Assembly: GCA_963702005.1 (NCBI GenBank)
Contig: OY969696.1
Span: forward strand, 3,712,001-3,776,000
Length of the DNA stretch: 64,000 nt
From: Candidatus Aminicenantes bacterium
GTDB lineage: Bacteria > Acidobacteriota > Aminicenantia > Aminicenantales > JAFGBC01
Direction: 5' to 3'
Made by a program: the position numbers and the translations under genes. Shown here in pieces: positions 37,448 through 46,827 of this stretch (position 1 is the stretch's first letter; each line of letters starts with the position of its first letter). The notes under the pieces were generated by a model. It searched no databases, was not told the DNA's origin, and was given only the letters and a program-made list of their open reading frames with translations.

Positions 37448-38659
37448 ATGGTGCAAGGGGATCTGTGGCACGAGATCCACAGCCGCTGGAAGCTTAAGGA
37501 GACGAAGAAGGCGATCGCCCGGGCTCTCCAGCTCGATGTCAAGACCGTCCGGAGGATCCTCCGCCAGAAGCAGCCTCAAGCCTATGTCCGGGAGAGGCAG
37601 GAGAGCAAGGTCCTGAAGCCGTTCGTGGACTATATCCTCCAGAGGCTGGCGGCCGTGGGCTACTGCGCTCAAGCGATCTACGAGGAGATCAGGGTCAGGG
37701 GCTACACGGGAAGCTATGATGTCGTCAAGCGGTTCATCAGCCCGCTGCGGAAAGAAGTGGACATCGAGGCCACGGTCCGGTTCGAGACGCCGCTTGGGCG
37801 CCAGGGCCAGGCCGACTGGGGCCAGTGTTGGACATCCATCGGGGGGAAGAAAACGAAGGTCCATCTGTTCGTCCTGACGCTGGGCTACAGCCGGAGGCTC
37901 TACGCCGAGGCCACGCTGGACGAGAAGCTCCCGTCCTTCCTTCGATGCCACGAGGCCGCTTTCGCCCACCTGGGCGGCATCCCTCATGAGATCGTCTACG
38001 ACAACCTGAAGTCGGTGGTGCTCGGACGGGACTTCGAGGGATCGCGGTTCGAGTGGAACCCGATCTTCTGGGACTTCAGCCGGCATTACGGCTTCCAGCC
38101 GCGGCCGCATCGGCCCTACAGACCCCAGACCAAGGGCAAGGTCGAGTCGGGCGTCAAGTACATGAAGCGCTTCCTCCGGGGCAAAGAGTTCGCAAGCCTC
38201 GATGATCTCAACTCCCAGCTTCTCGAGTGGATCATCAACGTCGCCGACCAGCGGATCCACGGCACGACCCACCGGAAGCCGGCCGAGATGTTCCTCGAGG
38301 AAAAGGACCTCCTTCTCTCTTGCCAGGGCCGACGGGCCTATGTGCTTGAGGAGCGGGCTGTGCGGCACGTTTCCAAGGACTGCCTGGTCGCCTTCCAGAC
38401 CAATCGCTACTCGGTGCCGTACCGGCTGGCCGGCAAACAGGTCGAGGTTCTAACCGACGGGGAGACGATCAAGATCTATCACTCGGGCGAGCTCATCTCC
38501 TGTCATCCGCGGATCGAGGGGGCTTACCAGTCAAGCATAGACAAGTCGCATTACTGGGGCTTGTTCAAGCCGGCCAAGCCCACTGCAGCGCCTCCCGACG
38601 AGGTCCAAGTCCGGGACCTGGCCGTCTATGAGCGACTCCTGGAAGGAGGTCGGTTATGA
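37448..38659 (+). CDS. istA: IS21 transposase IstA
   Basis: HTH, RFETPLG.QGQADWG, YDNLKSVV, PQTKGKVE (DDE), RIHGTT. Confidence 0.95.
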   Translation: MVQGDLWHEIHSRWKLKETKKAIARALQLDVKTVRRILRQKQPQAYVRERQESKVLKPFVDYILQRLAAVGYCAQAIYEEIRVRGYTGSYDVVKRFISPLRKEVDIEATVRFETPLGRQGQADWGQCWTSIGGKKTKVHLFVLTLGYSRRLYAEATLDEKLPSFLRCHEAAFAHLGGIPHEIVYDNLKSVVLGRDFEGSRFEWNPIFWDFSRHYGFQPRPHRPYRPQTKGKVESGVKYMKRFLRGKEFASLDDLNSQLLEWIINVADQRIHGTTHRKPAEMFLEEKDLLLSCQGRRAYVLEERAVRHVSKDCLVAFQTNRYSVPYRLAGKQVEVLTDGETIKIYHSGELISCHPRIEGAYQSSIDKSHYWGLFKPAKPTAAPPDEVQVRDLAVYERLLEGGRL

Positions 38660-39429
38660 GCCTCTCCCACATCCACGACAACCTCCGGCATCTCAGGCTC
38701 TACAGGATCCAGGAGCGCCTCGAGACGGCGCTCGAGGAGGCCGCCAAGAACAGCGTTTCCTACACCGACTTCCTGGATGAGATCCTCTCCCAGGAGGTCG
38801 CCTCCAAACAGGAGAAGTACATCGCCGTCCGGACCTCGCTGGCTAAGTTCCCCTACGTCAAGACGCTCGAGAGCTTCGACTTCGCCTTCCAGCCCTCGAT
38901 CGACAAGAAGCGGATCAAGGAGCTGGCCGAGTGCCGGTTCATCCCGAACGGCGAGAACGTGATCCTCCTCGGCCCGCCTGGCGTGGGGAAGACTCACCTG
39001 GCCGTGGCCCTTGGCGTCAAGGCTGTCACGGAAGGCTACCGGACCTACTTCACCCAGGCTATGCCCTTGATCGCGTCCCTGACCAAGGCCTATGCCGAGA
39101 ATCGGATCGAGGAGCGGCTGAAGTTCTACTGCCAGCCCAAGCTCCTGATCGTCGACGAGATCGGCTACATCCCGATCGACCGGCACGGCGCGCATCTCTT
39201 CTTCCAGCTCATCTCCCGTCGCTATGAGAAGGGCGCCCTGATCCTGACCTCCAACCGGAGCTTCAGTCAGTGGAATGAGATCTTCGGGGACCCGGTCATC
39301 GCCACGGCCATCCTGGACCGGATCCTCCATCACTCGACTACGATCAACATCAAGGGAAACTCGTATCGTCTCAAGGAAAAGGTCAAAGCGGGTCTCATCC
39401 GAGAGCCAGAGACCGAGGAAAATCAATGA
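38656..39429 (+). CDS. istB: IS21 helper ATPase IstB
   Basis: GPPGVGKTHLA Walker A, LLIVDEIGY Walker B, LTSN, AILDRILHH. Confidence 0.96.
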   Translation: MSLSHIHDNLRHLRLYRIQERLETALEEAAKNSVSYTDFLDEILSQEVASKQEKYIAVRTSLAKFPYVKTLESFDFAFQPSIDKKRIKELAECRFIPNGENVILLGPPGVGKTHLAVALGVKAVTEGYRTYFTQAMPLIASLTKAYAENRIEERLKFYCQPKLLIVDEIGYIPIDRHGAHLFFQLISRRYEKGALILTSNRSFSQWNEIFGDPVIATAILDRILHHSTTINIKGNSYRLKEKVKAGLIREPETEENQ

Positions 39430-40143
39430 GAGGGGGGGTCATTTTTCGACGCCCACAAAGGGTCAATTTTCCACGCCCATTGACACTTGTACCAGCCAGA
39501 GACTCGGTCCATCATATCGTTAAACCACGTCTCGACGCCCTTCTGAAGCTTGCCGAGCTCGGATCCGGCCTCATCCACGAGAACGCGAAGGGACTTTTTG
39601 AGGTCCTCGTTCGACATTTTATCCACCATGCCGCGCAAGGCGGCGCCATCGGTCGCCGCGCGGCCCAAGCCCAGAATGTCGTTCAGGACGAGCCCGAAGG
39701 TGCGGGGCGGGATATAGGACGGCTTTCGATTCCCCTTTTTCAGGACCTTGATCAGGCTGTGCTCGTAAAACGCCTTGGCCGCGCCTTCGCCCCGCGGGTC
39801 ATTCAGCAGAGCGCGAATGGCTTTTTCGAGGTCCTTGGCGCGGGTGGACAGGACCGCGGAGATCCCCTCGTTTACGGTCGAGCAAATCAGGCTCAGGAGC
39901 CAATAAATAAAGATGAGCCCCACTGCGACTTCAAGAATTTCCGATCCGAACATTGATAAACCTCCTCATATGCAGGATTTATTCGGGGTTATAGGCTTCC
40001 CCCAGGTTGATTGATTAGCCGGATTCCCCTCCCGTTCACATGTTTAGTCGCTAATAATTCCCGAAAATTGATAATATCGGCCTTATTCTCCGACTAAATA
40101 ATCGGGAATATTATTTAGATTAATACGATGGAGGGGTTTAACA

Positions 40144-41127
40144 ATGAACCAGATCTTTCATTATGAAATCGTCCGGGTCTTGGGGGAAAAGGCCGGCTTC
40201 CCGGCCGGGGAAGCTCAGATCATCGCCTACGCGTCGCAATTTGTCGATGACGCCACGCACGAGAACAGCTTCTACTTGAACGGGTTCGGGGATCAACCCG
40301 CCTACAGGGCTTTATTTAATCCGGCGAACCGCCTCTTCAATCCGGTTCAGACCGGACACGAAGCCATCCAAAACCTGGAGGCCTTTGATCCCCAGGAGCA
40401 GAGAAACGTTTTAGCCGCGTTTCATTTCGTTCCGTTCGAGAAGATCGCGGCCGATCAAAAAAAGAACTATCTGACCAAGGAGAACGGCGCACTGGCGCGG
40501 TCGCTGGCGACCCAAGCGGCGGATGAAGTCAAGAGCAGCACGGCAAGTTCTCGGACGCAAAAACTAATAAAGCTCGGCATCGCGCTCCATTCGTTCGCGG
40601 ACACCTGGGCGCACGACGATTTCGCCGGCATCGATTACGGCTACAATAAAAAGCGCGACTGCCAGGTCTTGATCCTGGGCCGATGGAAGGACGACACGCG
40701 GGCGGGAACTTTCTCGATCGGTCACGCCTTCAGCCGATCGCCCGACTTGTCGAGCGTGAAATGGCGCTACAAGAACGCGGGAGACGATCAACCTAAAACC
40801 AAGGACAATCCCGCCCGGTTCTTGGAAGCCGCGGAGAATATTTTCGGCGTGCTGACCCAGACGTCTCAAAGCGGGGTTCCCTTCTCGGATATCAAGGAGG
40901 ATGTCCATACGGCCCTGTTCTTCGGCGCCCCGCGGGAAGTTTTCACGAATATAAATTTCCAATATTCCAAGTCGGAATGGCGGGACAGCGCCATCCGCTT
41001 GAACCTCCCCGAAACACGAAACTCGCCCAGCCACTGGGTCTATGACTTCCAGGGCGACCTGAAATGGTTCTGGTATCAACTGGAAGCCTACAATCAAAGG
41101 AAATTCATAAGAAACAATATTCCCTGA
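40144..41127 (+). CDS. DUF6765-like protein (Zn-dependent PLC/P1 nuclease-like motifs)
   Basis: 'FHYEIV...AGF...IIAYASQFVDDA', 'FHF', 'LGIALHSFADTWAH'; GGAGG SD. Confidence 0.7.
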   Translation: MNQIFHYEIVRVLGEKAGFPAGEAQIIAYASQFVDDATHENSFYLNGFGDQPAYRALFNPANRLFNPVQTGHEAIQNLEAFDPQEQRNVLAAFHFVPFEKIAADQKKNYLTKENGALARSLATQAADEVKSSTASSRTQKLIKLGIALHSFADTWAHDDFAGIDYGYNKKRDCQVLILGRWKDDTRAGTFSIGHAFSRSPDLSSVKWRYKNAGDDQPKTKDNPARFLEAAENIFGVLTQTSQSGVPFSDIKEDVHTALFFGAPREVFTNINFQYSKSEWRDSAIRLNLPETRNSPSHWVYDFQGDLKWFWYQLEAYNQRKFIRNNIP

Positions 41128-41156
41128 CGGGATTGTTGAGGTTTCTAGCGGATCCC

Positions 41157-41402
41157 CTAGATGATCTTGGCTCCCCAGACGTTCCTGATGTCTTTCCAAG
41201 CGTAGACCTGGGGCCGGACGAAGGCGCGGCCGACTCGTTCCGGAGTTTCTCCCCTGACCTCGATCTCGTCCAATCGGGCCGGCGTCAGGCCGGCTTTGTT
41301 GGCCCATTGGAACGTGGGGACTTCCTCGGGGACGAACCCCATGCACTCGGCGGCGATCATATCGGTGGCCAGGGGATTCGCGCCGGCGATGATCAAATCC
41401 AT
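41157..41402 (-). pseudogene. C-terminal fragment of a DUF362-like protein
   Basis: 'LIIAGANPLATDMIAAECMGF.P.EV' resembles the DUF362 C-terminus; truncated next to MITE copy 3. Confidence 0.6.
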
Positions 41403-41416
41403 CTTGGGGTTTTATA

Positions 41417-41660
41417 TGGGGTCGGACCAAACTAACTCATTCATAATAAGTATAGAAAGGCTTTCTTTAGGTCGTTTTTCGATCTTAAAGCCGTATTTAT
41501 ATGCCTATAAATGCGGCTTTAAAATAATCTCAAGATAGCATTTGAAGACATCAGCTTAGATTGATTTTTTTAAGCCAAATCCGGAGTTTTAAGCATTTAT
41601 TTTATATCAAAATCCATATCAACTCATTATTTATCAATTGGTTACCTCGGTCCGACCCCA
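41417..41660. mobile_element. MITE-like element, copy 3 (244 bp)
   Basis: Same TIRs and interior as copies 1 and 2. Confidence 0.8.
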
Positions 41661-41746
41661 TTAATAAGTCCTTGAATAAGTCCTTGACAAATCAATAATT
41701 CGCGTCATAATCAGGAAAGCTTTTAAAGGGTTCGGAGGTAACCATC

Positions 41747-42505
41747 ATGAAAAAAATCATTGTCCTCGCTCTTGTCCTGGCAACGGCCTGTTTCGCGTTT
41801 TCCCAGACCAAAAAAGGGGATTGGCTCGTCGGCACTTACCTGGGATCGACCGGATTGAGCTTCAGCAGTTCGGAAAGCGGCAGCTCCACTTCGACCGAAA
41901 TCAGCAAATCGGACTACCACAGTTTCAGCATCAGCGTGGGTCCCACGATCGGTTACTTCATCGCCGACAACCTTGCGGTGGGCACCTATTTTTCGTTGGG
42001 CCTCTCCTCCAGTCACTATAAAAACAGCTACACCGATAGCTCCTTTACATCGGAAAGCGATTACAGCTCGGTCTACTTTTCCCTCGGGCCGTTCGGCAGG
42101 TATTATTTCGGCGATAACGGCGGGAAGGGCCGGCCGTTTGTCCATGTCAATGTCGGTATTAATCTTTACCCGAAATACTCGGGGACCTACACGCCCATCT
42201 CCGGCACCGGATATAACTACAAGTATAAGACTTATTCCTCCTGGAACGCGGGCCTCCAGATCGGCTATGAGCATTTCCTCAATTCCCACATCGGCCTTCA
42301 GTATTATATCGGGTATAGCTTCAACCACTCCAAATATAGCTATGAGTATGTCTATACAAGCGGCACCAATTATGTCTATAACTACAAATACAACAGCCAC
42401 GGCATCACGCTCGGCGTCGGCCTGCAGATTCACCTGACAAAAAAAGAAAAAGCCGTCCCGCCGCCGCCTCCTCCCCCGCCGCCCACCCCGAAAAAAAAGA
42501 AGTGA
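41747..42505 (+). CDS. outer membrane beta-barrel protein with poly-Pro tail
   Basis: Signal peptide; alternating aromatic beta-strands ('GYFIADNLAVG', 'GPFGRYYF'); TTGACA (41684) promoter and GGAGG SD upstream. Confidence 0.8.
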   Translation: MKKIIVLALVLATACFAFSQTKKGDWLVGTYLGSTGLSFSSSESGSSTSTEISKSDYHSFSISVGPTIGYFIADNLAVGTYFSLGLSSSHYKNSYTDSSFTSESDYSSVYFSLGPFGRYYFGDNGGKGRPFVHVNVGINLYPKYSGTYTPISGTGYNYKYKTYSSWNAGLQIGYEHFLNSHIGLQYYIGYSFNHSKYSYEYVYTSGTNYVYNYKYNSHGITLGVGLQIHLTKKEKAVPPPPPPPPPTPKKKK

Positions 42506-42525
42506 CGGCCGCGTTCGTCAAAAAA

Positions 42526-43977
42526 TTAAAAATGGCGGGAGGCGCCGCCGCCGCCCGACCGGCCTCCCCCGAACGAGGAATGGCTGGAGCTCGAAGAGCT
42601 TGAAAAGCCCGATCGGCTCGAGCCGGCGGACGACGATGAGGGAGCGATCCGAGGCGTATCCCTCTCCCAGGTCTTAAGATAATCGCAGTTGGGATTTTGG
42701 CAGTCGTCGCTGACGCGCTCGCGGCCTCCGTGGCTCGTCGTGGCCGCGGCCAGGATCGCAAGGGTCCGGACGAGAGTCCGCCGCTTGCACTTGGGGCAGG
42801 CGCTCGCCTTGCCGAGCTTGATCGCGAACCGCTCCCCCGCCCCGCATTTGGGACAGGTCCACAGCTCATAATCCATGCCGCCGGCCTTCTCCTCTGCGAC
42901 TTCCTCGGTTGTGAGCTGAGCATCGTCCTTTTCTTCGGGAATGAGGTCCATGGCCGAGCCGCAGGAGGCGCAGGGAAGCCGGTAATTTTCTGCGCGCGCC
43001 TTCATCCCCTTGCGCATTCTGGACCAGAGGATGGTCGCGATGACCGGCGATAGCCCGGTCAGGAGGGGCCCGAGGACGAATCTGCCGGTCACGAGGAGGA
43101 CGATGACGGCGATCGGCACCACGACCCACATCAGGGACAGATATCCGACTCCCGCGGAAGCGGCTTTGACCCGTCCGGCCTTGGACCGCTTGCGGCCGAA
43201 CCGGCGCCATGCCGAGAGAGCCCAGAGCCCGGTCAGTCCGAGGACGGCTCCGGCCAGGATGAGCGAGGAAACGAACGAAGAGCGGACCTTGGATTTCCCG
43301 GCCTCCGAGGAAACGGGGACCTTCTCCCCGGACTCGGCGGACGGCGCGGGCTGGGGCTGATCGGGCCAGACGGAAGGATCGGTCAGGCCGAGTGTCGCGC
43401 CCAAGGACGAGGCGGCGACGACGGTCTCGGCGGCCGCCTTGGCGACGGCGTAGAGGCCGCGGCCGTATTCCCCGCGGGCGAGGAAGGGCATGGCATACTC
43501 GTCGAGGAGCCGGGCGGACTGGGCGTCCGTGACGGCGGGCTCCAAGCCGTATCCGACCTCGATCCGGACGGCCCGGTCGTCCAGGGCGAACAGGATGAGG
43601 AGCCCGTTGTCCTTGCCCTTCTCGCCGATGCCGAATCGTTTGAAGAGGCGCTCGGCGAAATCCTCGACCGTCGTTCCGCCCAGGTCGCGCACGGTGACGA
43701 CGGCGAGCTCGGAGCCGGTCGCTTCCTTGAGGCGGCTGCAGACGCCGTCGATGAGGTCGGTGTAGGCCGGGCCGAGGACGCCGGCGCCGTCGCCGACGAA
43801 TTTGCCGGAGGCGGCCAGCGGGTTGGGGACATCCTCGACGCGCTCCGGGGCGGCGGAGGCTGTAATCGGCGCTATGACCGATAAAATGAAAATGGTGACA
43901 GACACCAATTTCCGGAAATTGGTGTCTGTCACCATTTTGCTCATTAGTTTCTTCGGGCGATTGCTGAACATCCGCAC
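42526..43977 (-). CDS. TPM (YgcG-like) domain membrane protein with Zn-ribbons
   Basis: 'GIGEKGKDNGLLIL...RIEVGYGLE', CxxC pairs, 'SFGGGRSGGGGAS' tail; start uncertain. Confidence 0.9.
   Translation of the reverse strand: MRMFSNRPKKLMSKMVTDTNFRKLVSVTIFILSVIAPITASAAPERVEDVPNPLAASGKFVGDGAGVLGPAYTDLIDGVCSRLKEATGSELAVVTVRDLGGTTVEDFAERLFKRFGIGEKGKDNGLLILFALDDRAVRIEVGYGLEPAVTDAQSARLLDEYAMPFLARGEYGRGLYAVAKAAAETVVAASSLGATLGLTDPSVWPDQPQPAPSAESGEKVPVSSEAGKSKVRSSFVSSLILAGAVLGLTGLWALSAWRRFGRKRSKAGRVKAASAGVGYLSLMWVVVPIAVIVLLVTGRFVLGPLLTGLSPVIATILWSRMRKGMKARAENYRLPCASCGSAMDLIPEEKDDAQLTTEEVAEEKAGGMDYELWTCPKCGAGERFAIKLGKASACPKCKRRTLVRTLAILAAATTSHGGRERVSDDCQNPNCDYLKTWERDTPRIAPSSSSAGSSRSGFSSSSSSSHSSFGGGRSGGGGASRHF
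43889..43938. repeat. perfect 50-bp palindrome (REP-like) within the TPM gene 5' region
   Basis: AAAATGGTGACAGACACCAATTTCC|GGAAATTGGTGTCTGTCACCATTTT. Confidence 0.9.
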
Positions 43978-44132
43978 CTCCTTCTTCGGAAGGGCATTAT
44001 ACCATACGGGCCCCGCTTGATAATTCGGCCGAGATTTATCATACTAAAGACATTCCGGACGGGTTCAAAGCTTTAAAGTCGGTTATTGTCTAAAGGTATG
44101 TGAGCGAACATAAGGTTGGAAGGAGAAAATAC

Positions 44133-44702
44133 ATGAAACGGTCATGGGCTCTTATTCTGACGGTTCTGCTGGGAATTCAGGCGGTCGCCGGGATAGCCGC
44201 GGCCTCGTCCCTCGTCCAGCGCCGCAGGCTGCCGCGCCGGACGGTCGTCGTCGTCCATAGGGGTTGGCCCATCCATCGTCCCCTGCGGCACGTCATCATC
44301 CGCCCCGTCCGCGCGGCGATTCGAGTTCAACCCGTCCGGTTCCTGCCCGCCGTATTTTGGACGGGAGTCATCGTCGCCACCGCCCCGCGCCGGGACTTCC
44401 TCGTCTGGGAGGACGGCGAAACCCTGGCCCGGGACGAGGACTGGACCGAATTCACCCTGAATTGCGACAACTCCGGCAGGCAGCTCTGGCTGGAGGTGGC
44501 CGCGGGCAGCGCCCAATTCGACTGGGCCGAGATCGTGTTCGAGAACGGCGACACGCAGGTCGTCGACATGAAGGAGTGGGAGCGCGGACCCGGACACTAT
44601 GAGCTGCTGAACTTCCCCGACGGCCGCCGGGTCGATCACGTCAGGATGGTCGCCCGGGCCGCGAGCGAGGAAGCGCGCGTCGTCCTTAAAATGGAAAAAT
44701 AA
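44133..44702 (+). CDS. secreted hypothetical protein
   Basis: AGGAG SD, signal peptide, Arg-rich segment then beta-rich domain. Confidence 0.75.
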   Translation: MKRSWALILTVLLGIQAVAGIAAASSLVQRRRLPRRTVVVVHRGWPIHRPLRHVIIRPVRAAIRVQPVRFLPAVFWTGVIVATAPRRDFLVWEDGETLARDEDWTEFTLNCDNSGRQLWLEVAAGSAQFDWAEIVFENGDTQVVDMKEWERGPGHYELLNFPDGRRVDHVRMVARAASEEARVVLKMEK

Positions 44703-44719
44703 GAAGCTAGCGATTCCGC

Positions 44720-44773
44720 AATTCTGGGGACACACGACTTAATTGGAAAATTAAGTCGTGTGTCCCCAGAATT
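44720..44773. repeat. REP-like palindrome, 25-bp perfect stem
   Basis: AATTCTGGGGACACACGACTTAATT-GGAA-AATTAAGTCGTGTGTCCCCAGAATT between convergent genes. Confidence 0.85.
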
Positions 44774-44778
44774 ATTTA

Positions 44779-45339
44779 TCAGCCGTTGTTGACGCCGTCG
44801 GGCTGGTCGAGGTACCCCTCCCTGATAACACGGAACTCGCCGGTCCGGACGTCGAGGTCGTAAATATTGAAGTTCGTCCGGATATCGAACCCGGCCGATC
44901 GGACGGCTAGGTTGATCGAAGCCGAGCCGCGCTCGGGATCGCTCACGATCCGGTGAAAGACGCGGGTCGGCCAGGCGAGGATGGCGCCGCCCTCGTGGAC
45001 GAGCCGGCCGCCGCGCCTGATCCCGTCCGGCCCGACGGCGAACGTCTCAATCCGGCCGTGCTCGGGGGTGTAGAGCTCAACGCTGCGGGAACCGGCCAGG
45101 ACTATGAGATGATCCTCCTGGTGGGTATGCCAGTACCAGGGCCGCTCGACCGGGACGACCGTCCCCGGCGACAGCGCGCCCTGCCCGTGGACGACGCGGT
45201 CGATGGCGGCGATGGACGGGAAGAGATCCATCGGGACCAAATCGAAAGCGACCTTTTTCGTCCGCCTCAGGACCTCGAGCGCGATAATCCGATAAAGCCC
45301 CGAAATCTCCTCGACGACCTGATACTTGGGCTTGGCCAT
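44779..45339 (-). CDS. cupin-like hypothetical protein
   Basis: 'WYWHTHQEDHLIVLAG' and 'WP.RVFHRI' cupin-like His motifs; start placed at MAKPKY. Confidence 0.7.
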   Translation of the reverse strand: MAKPKYQVVEEISGLYRIIALEVLRRTKKVAFDLVPMDLFPSIAAIDRVVHGQGALSPGTVVPVERPWYWHTHQEDHLIVLAGSRSVELYTPEHGRIETFAVGPDGIRRGGRLVHEGGAILAWPTRVFHRIVSDPERGSASINLAVRSAGFDIRTNFNIYDLDVRTGEFRVIREGYLDQPDGVNNG

Positions 45340-45512
45340 CCGCGACCTCTCTTCTTTACACCGACTATATCGGTCGACTGCGATCAAGTCAACCTTATAA
45401 CGGAATTCTCCTGGACCCTCGGCCACCCAAAATTGCGGGCGCTTAATCCGCATTATTCGCCTTTACACGCTTCGCGGACGGATGATATGCTGAAGCCACG
45501 GAGGATCGACAC

Positions 45513-46826
45513 ATGGCGCTAATAATCCCGCTTGCGTCCTTGCTCATCAGTCTCCAGCTCTTTTTGGGCGGCCTGCCGCGCGGCGTGGGTCCCGGATCCG
45601 GATCGACTTGCCCGGTGGATTCCGCCGGAAGCACGGTTTGGGTGAAAAAGTTCGATAATGGCTATAACCCTTGGCCGGATTTGAACTATGGGATCCCTTT
45701 GGCCGGCGGCGGATGCCTGGCCGTAGGAGACGTGGGCCCTTTATCCGGTCCCGACGGATGGATCGTACAGTTCAGCGCGGCCGGGACGATCGAAAAACAG
45801 GGGAGCTACGCCCTCCAGAAGAACGGCAGGTTACAAGCGATCGCTCCGACGGCTGATGGCGGCTACATCGCGGCCGGCCGAATGAATTTCAACGAGTACG
45901 GCGATGACGGCGACGGCTGGCTGATGAAGCTGGACAAGGACTTGATCCCCAAATGGAATAAGACCTATGCCCTGGGCGACCACCATATCGATTTTCGACA
46001 GGTGGCCTGCTTGCCCGACGGCGGGTTCCTGCTCGCCGGCCTCTACTCCGGTGCATACGACTCGCTGATCGTCAAGGCCAATTCAACCGGCGGCATTGTC
46101 TGGGCGCATGAATTCCCGGGTACCATTTTCTACGCGATGATCCCGACTCCCGATAAGGGGCTTCTAGCGCTGGTGACGGTCTACGGCGAAGTGGATTGGC
46201 TTCCGACCCTGATCAAATTGGACTCGACGGGAAAGGTCAAGTGGGCCAAGCAGTCTGATAATTTTGACGCTTTCGTGTCGGGATTTGTAACCAAGAGCGG
46301 TGATTTTATCATCGGCGGACATTCCGGATCCCAAAACCTGGTGATGAAAGTTTCGGGCGGCGGCGCCATCAAGTGGCAGTCCGCGTTCGGCTCCACCTTC
46401 AGCTATATGTCCAAGGTCTTCCCGGCTCCGGGAGGAGGAGCCTATTTCGTCACCCCCAACAGTATTAATCCGACGACCCAGGTCGTCATCGCTAAAGTGA
46501 CGGGCACGGGCGGGCTGTCCTTCGCCCGGGGATACGCGCCGTTCACCCAGGGGTTCCAGGAATCGGCCGACCACGCTTTTCAGGCGACGGACGGCTCGAT
46601 CCTCATGCTCTGCAACTATGTTGCGGACACCGCGATCGTCCGCTTCGACGCCAACGGGAGGACGGACCCGAAATGCACGCCATTCCCGATCAAATACAAA
46701 AAGACCAACCCGAAGTTGGCTCTCGAAGATATCAGCGTAACTCCAAAGAACGTGAAACTAACGGTCAAGACGGTCAAGGTCACGCGTCAGGCGACAACGG
46801 CCCGGCTGGAAGACGCCTGCAAGTAA
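45513..46826 (+). CDS. secreted beta-propeller-like repeat protein
   Basis: Repeats of 'DGGxxxxG...xxKLD..G...W.K'; hydrophobic N-terminus. Confidence 0.75.
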   Translation: MALIIPLASLLISLQLFLGGLPRGVGPGSGSTCPVDSAGSTVWVKKFDNGYNPWPDLNYGIPLAGGGCLAVGDVGPLSGPDGWIVQFSAAGTIEKQGSYALQKNGRLQAIAPTADGGYIAAGRMNFNEYGDDGDGWLMKLDKDLIPKWNKTYALGDHHIDFRQVACLPDGGFLLAGLYSGAYDSLIVKANSTGGIVWAHEFPGTIFYAMIPTPDKGLLALVTVYGEVDWLPTLIKLDSTGKVKWAKQSDNFDAFVSGFVTKSGDFIIGGHSGSQNLVMKVSGGGAIKWQSAFGSTFSYMSKVFPAPGGGAYFVTPNSINPTTQVVIAKVTGTGGLSFARGYAPFTQGFQESADHAFQATDGSILMLCNYVADTAIVRFDANGRTDPKCTPFPIKYKKTNPKLALEDISVTPKNVKLTVKTVKVTRQATTARLEDACK

Positions 46827-46827
46827 A

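Larger units (their letters stand above)
37324..39485 (+). mobile_element. IS21-family insertion sequence, 2162 bp
   Basis: IRL TGTTAACGGGCGTGGAA, IRR (reverse complement) TGTCAATGGGCGTGGAA, with internal repeated units; 5-bp TSD CTTGT (37319-37323 and 39486-39490); istA and istB inside. Confidence 0.97.
36899..39953 (-). pseudogene. 'SLGAPFWF' family membrane protein interrupted by IS21
   Basis: Removing 37324-39485 and one CTTGT restores ...RVSGWYK-RKVQLIILCLALGLVGAFNVDT... in frame (about 295 aa). Confidence 0.9.

Noticed and set aside
34406-41660. CRISPR array or integron attC interpretation of the repeats
   Set aside because: Units are ~245 bp and separated by whole genes; no short repeat-spacer periodicity, cas genes, RYYYAAC/GTTRRRY ends or integrase.
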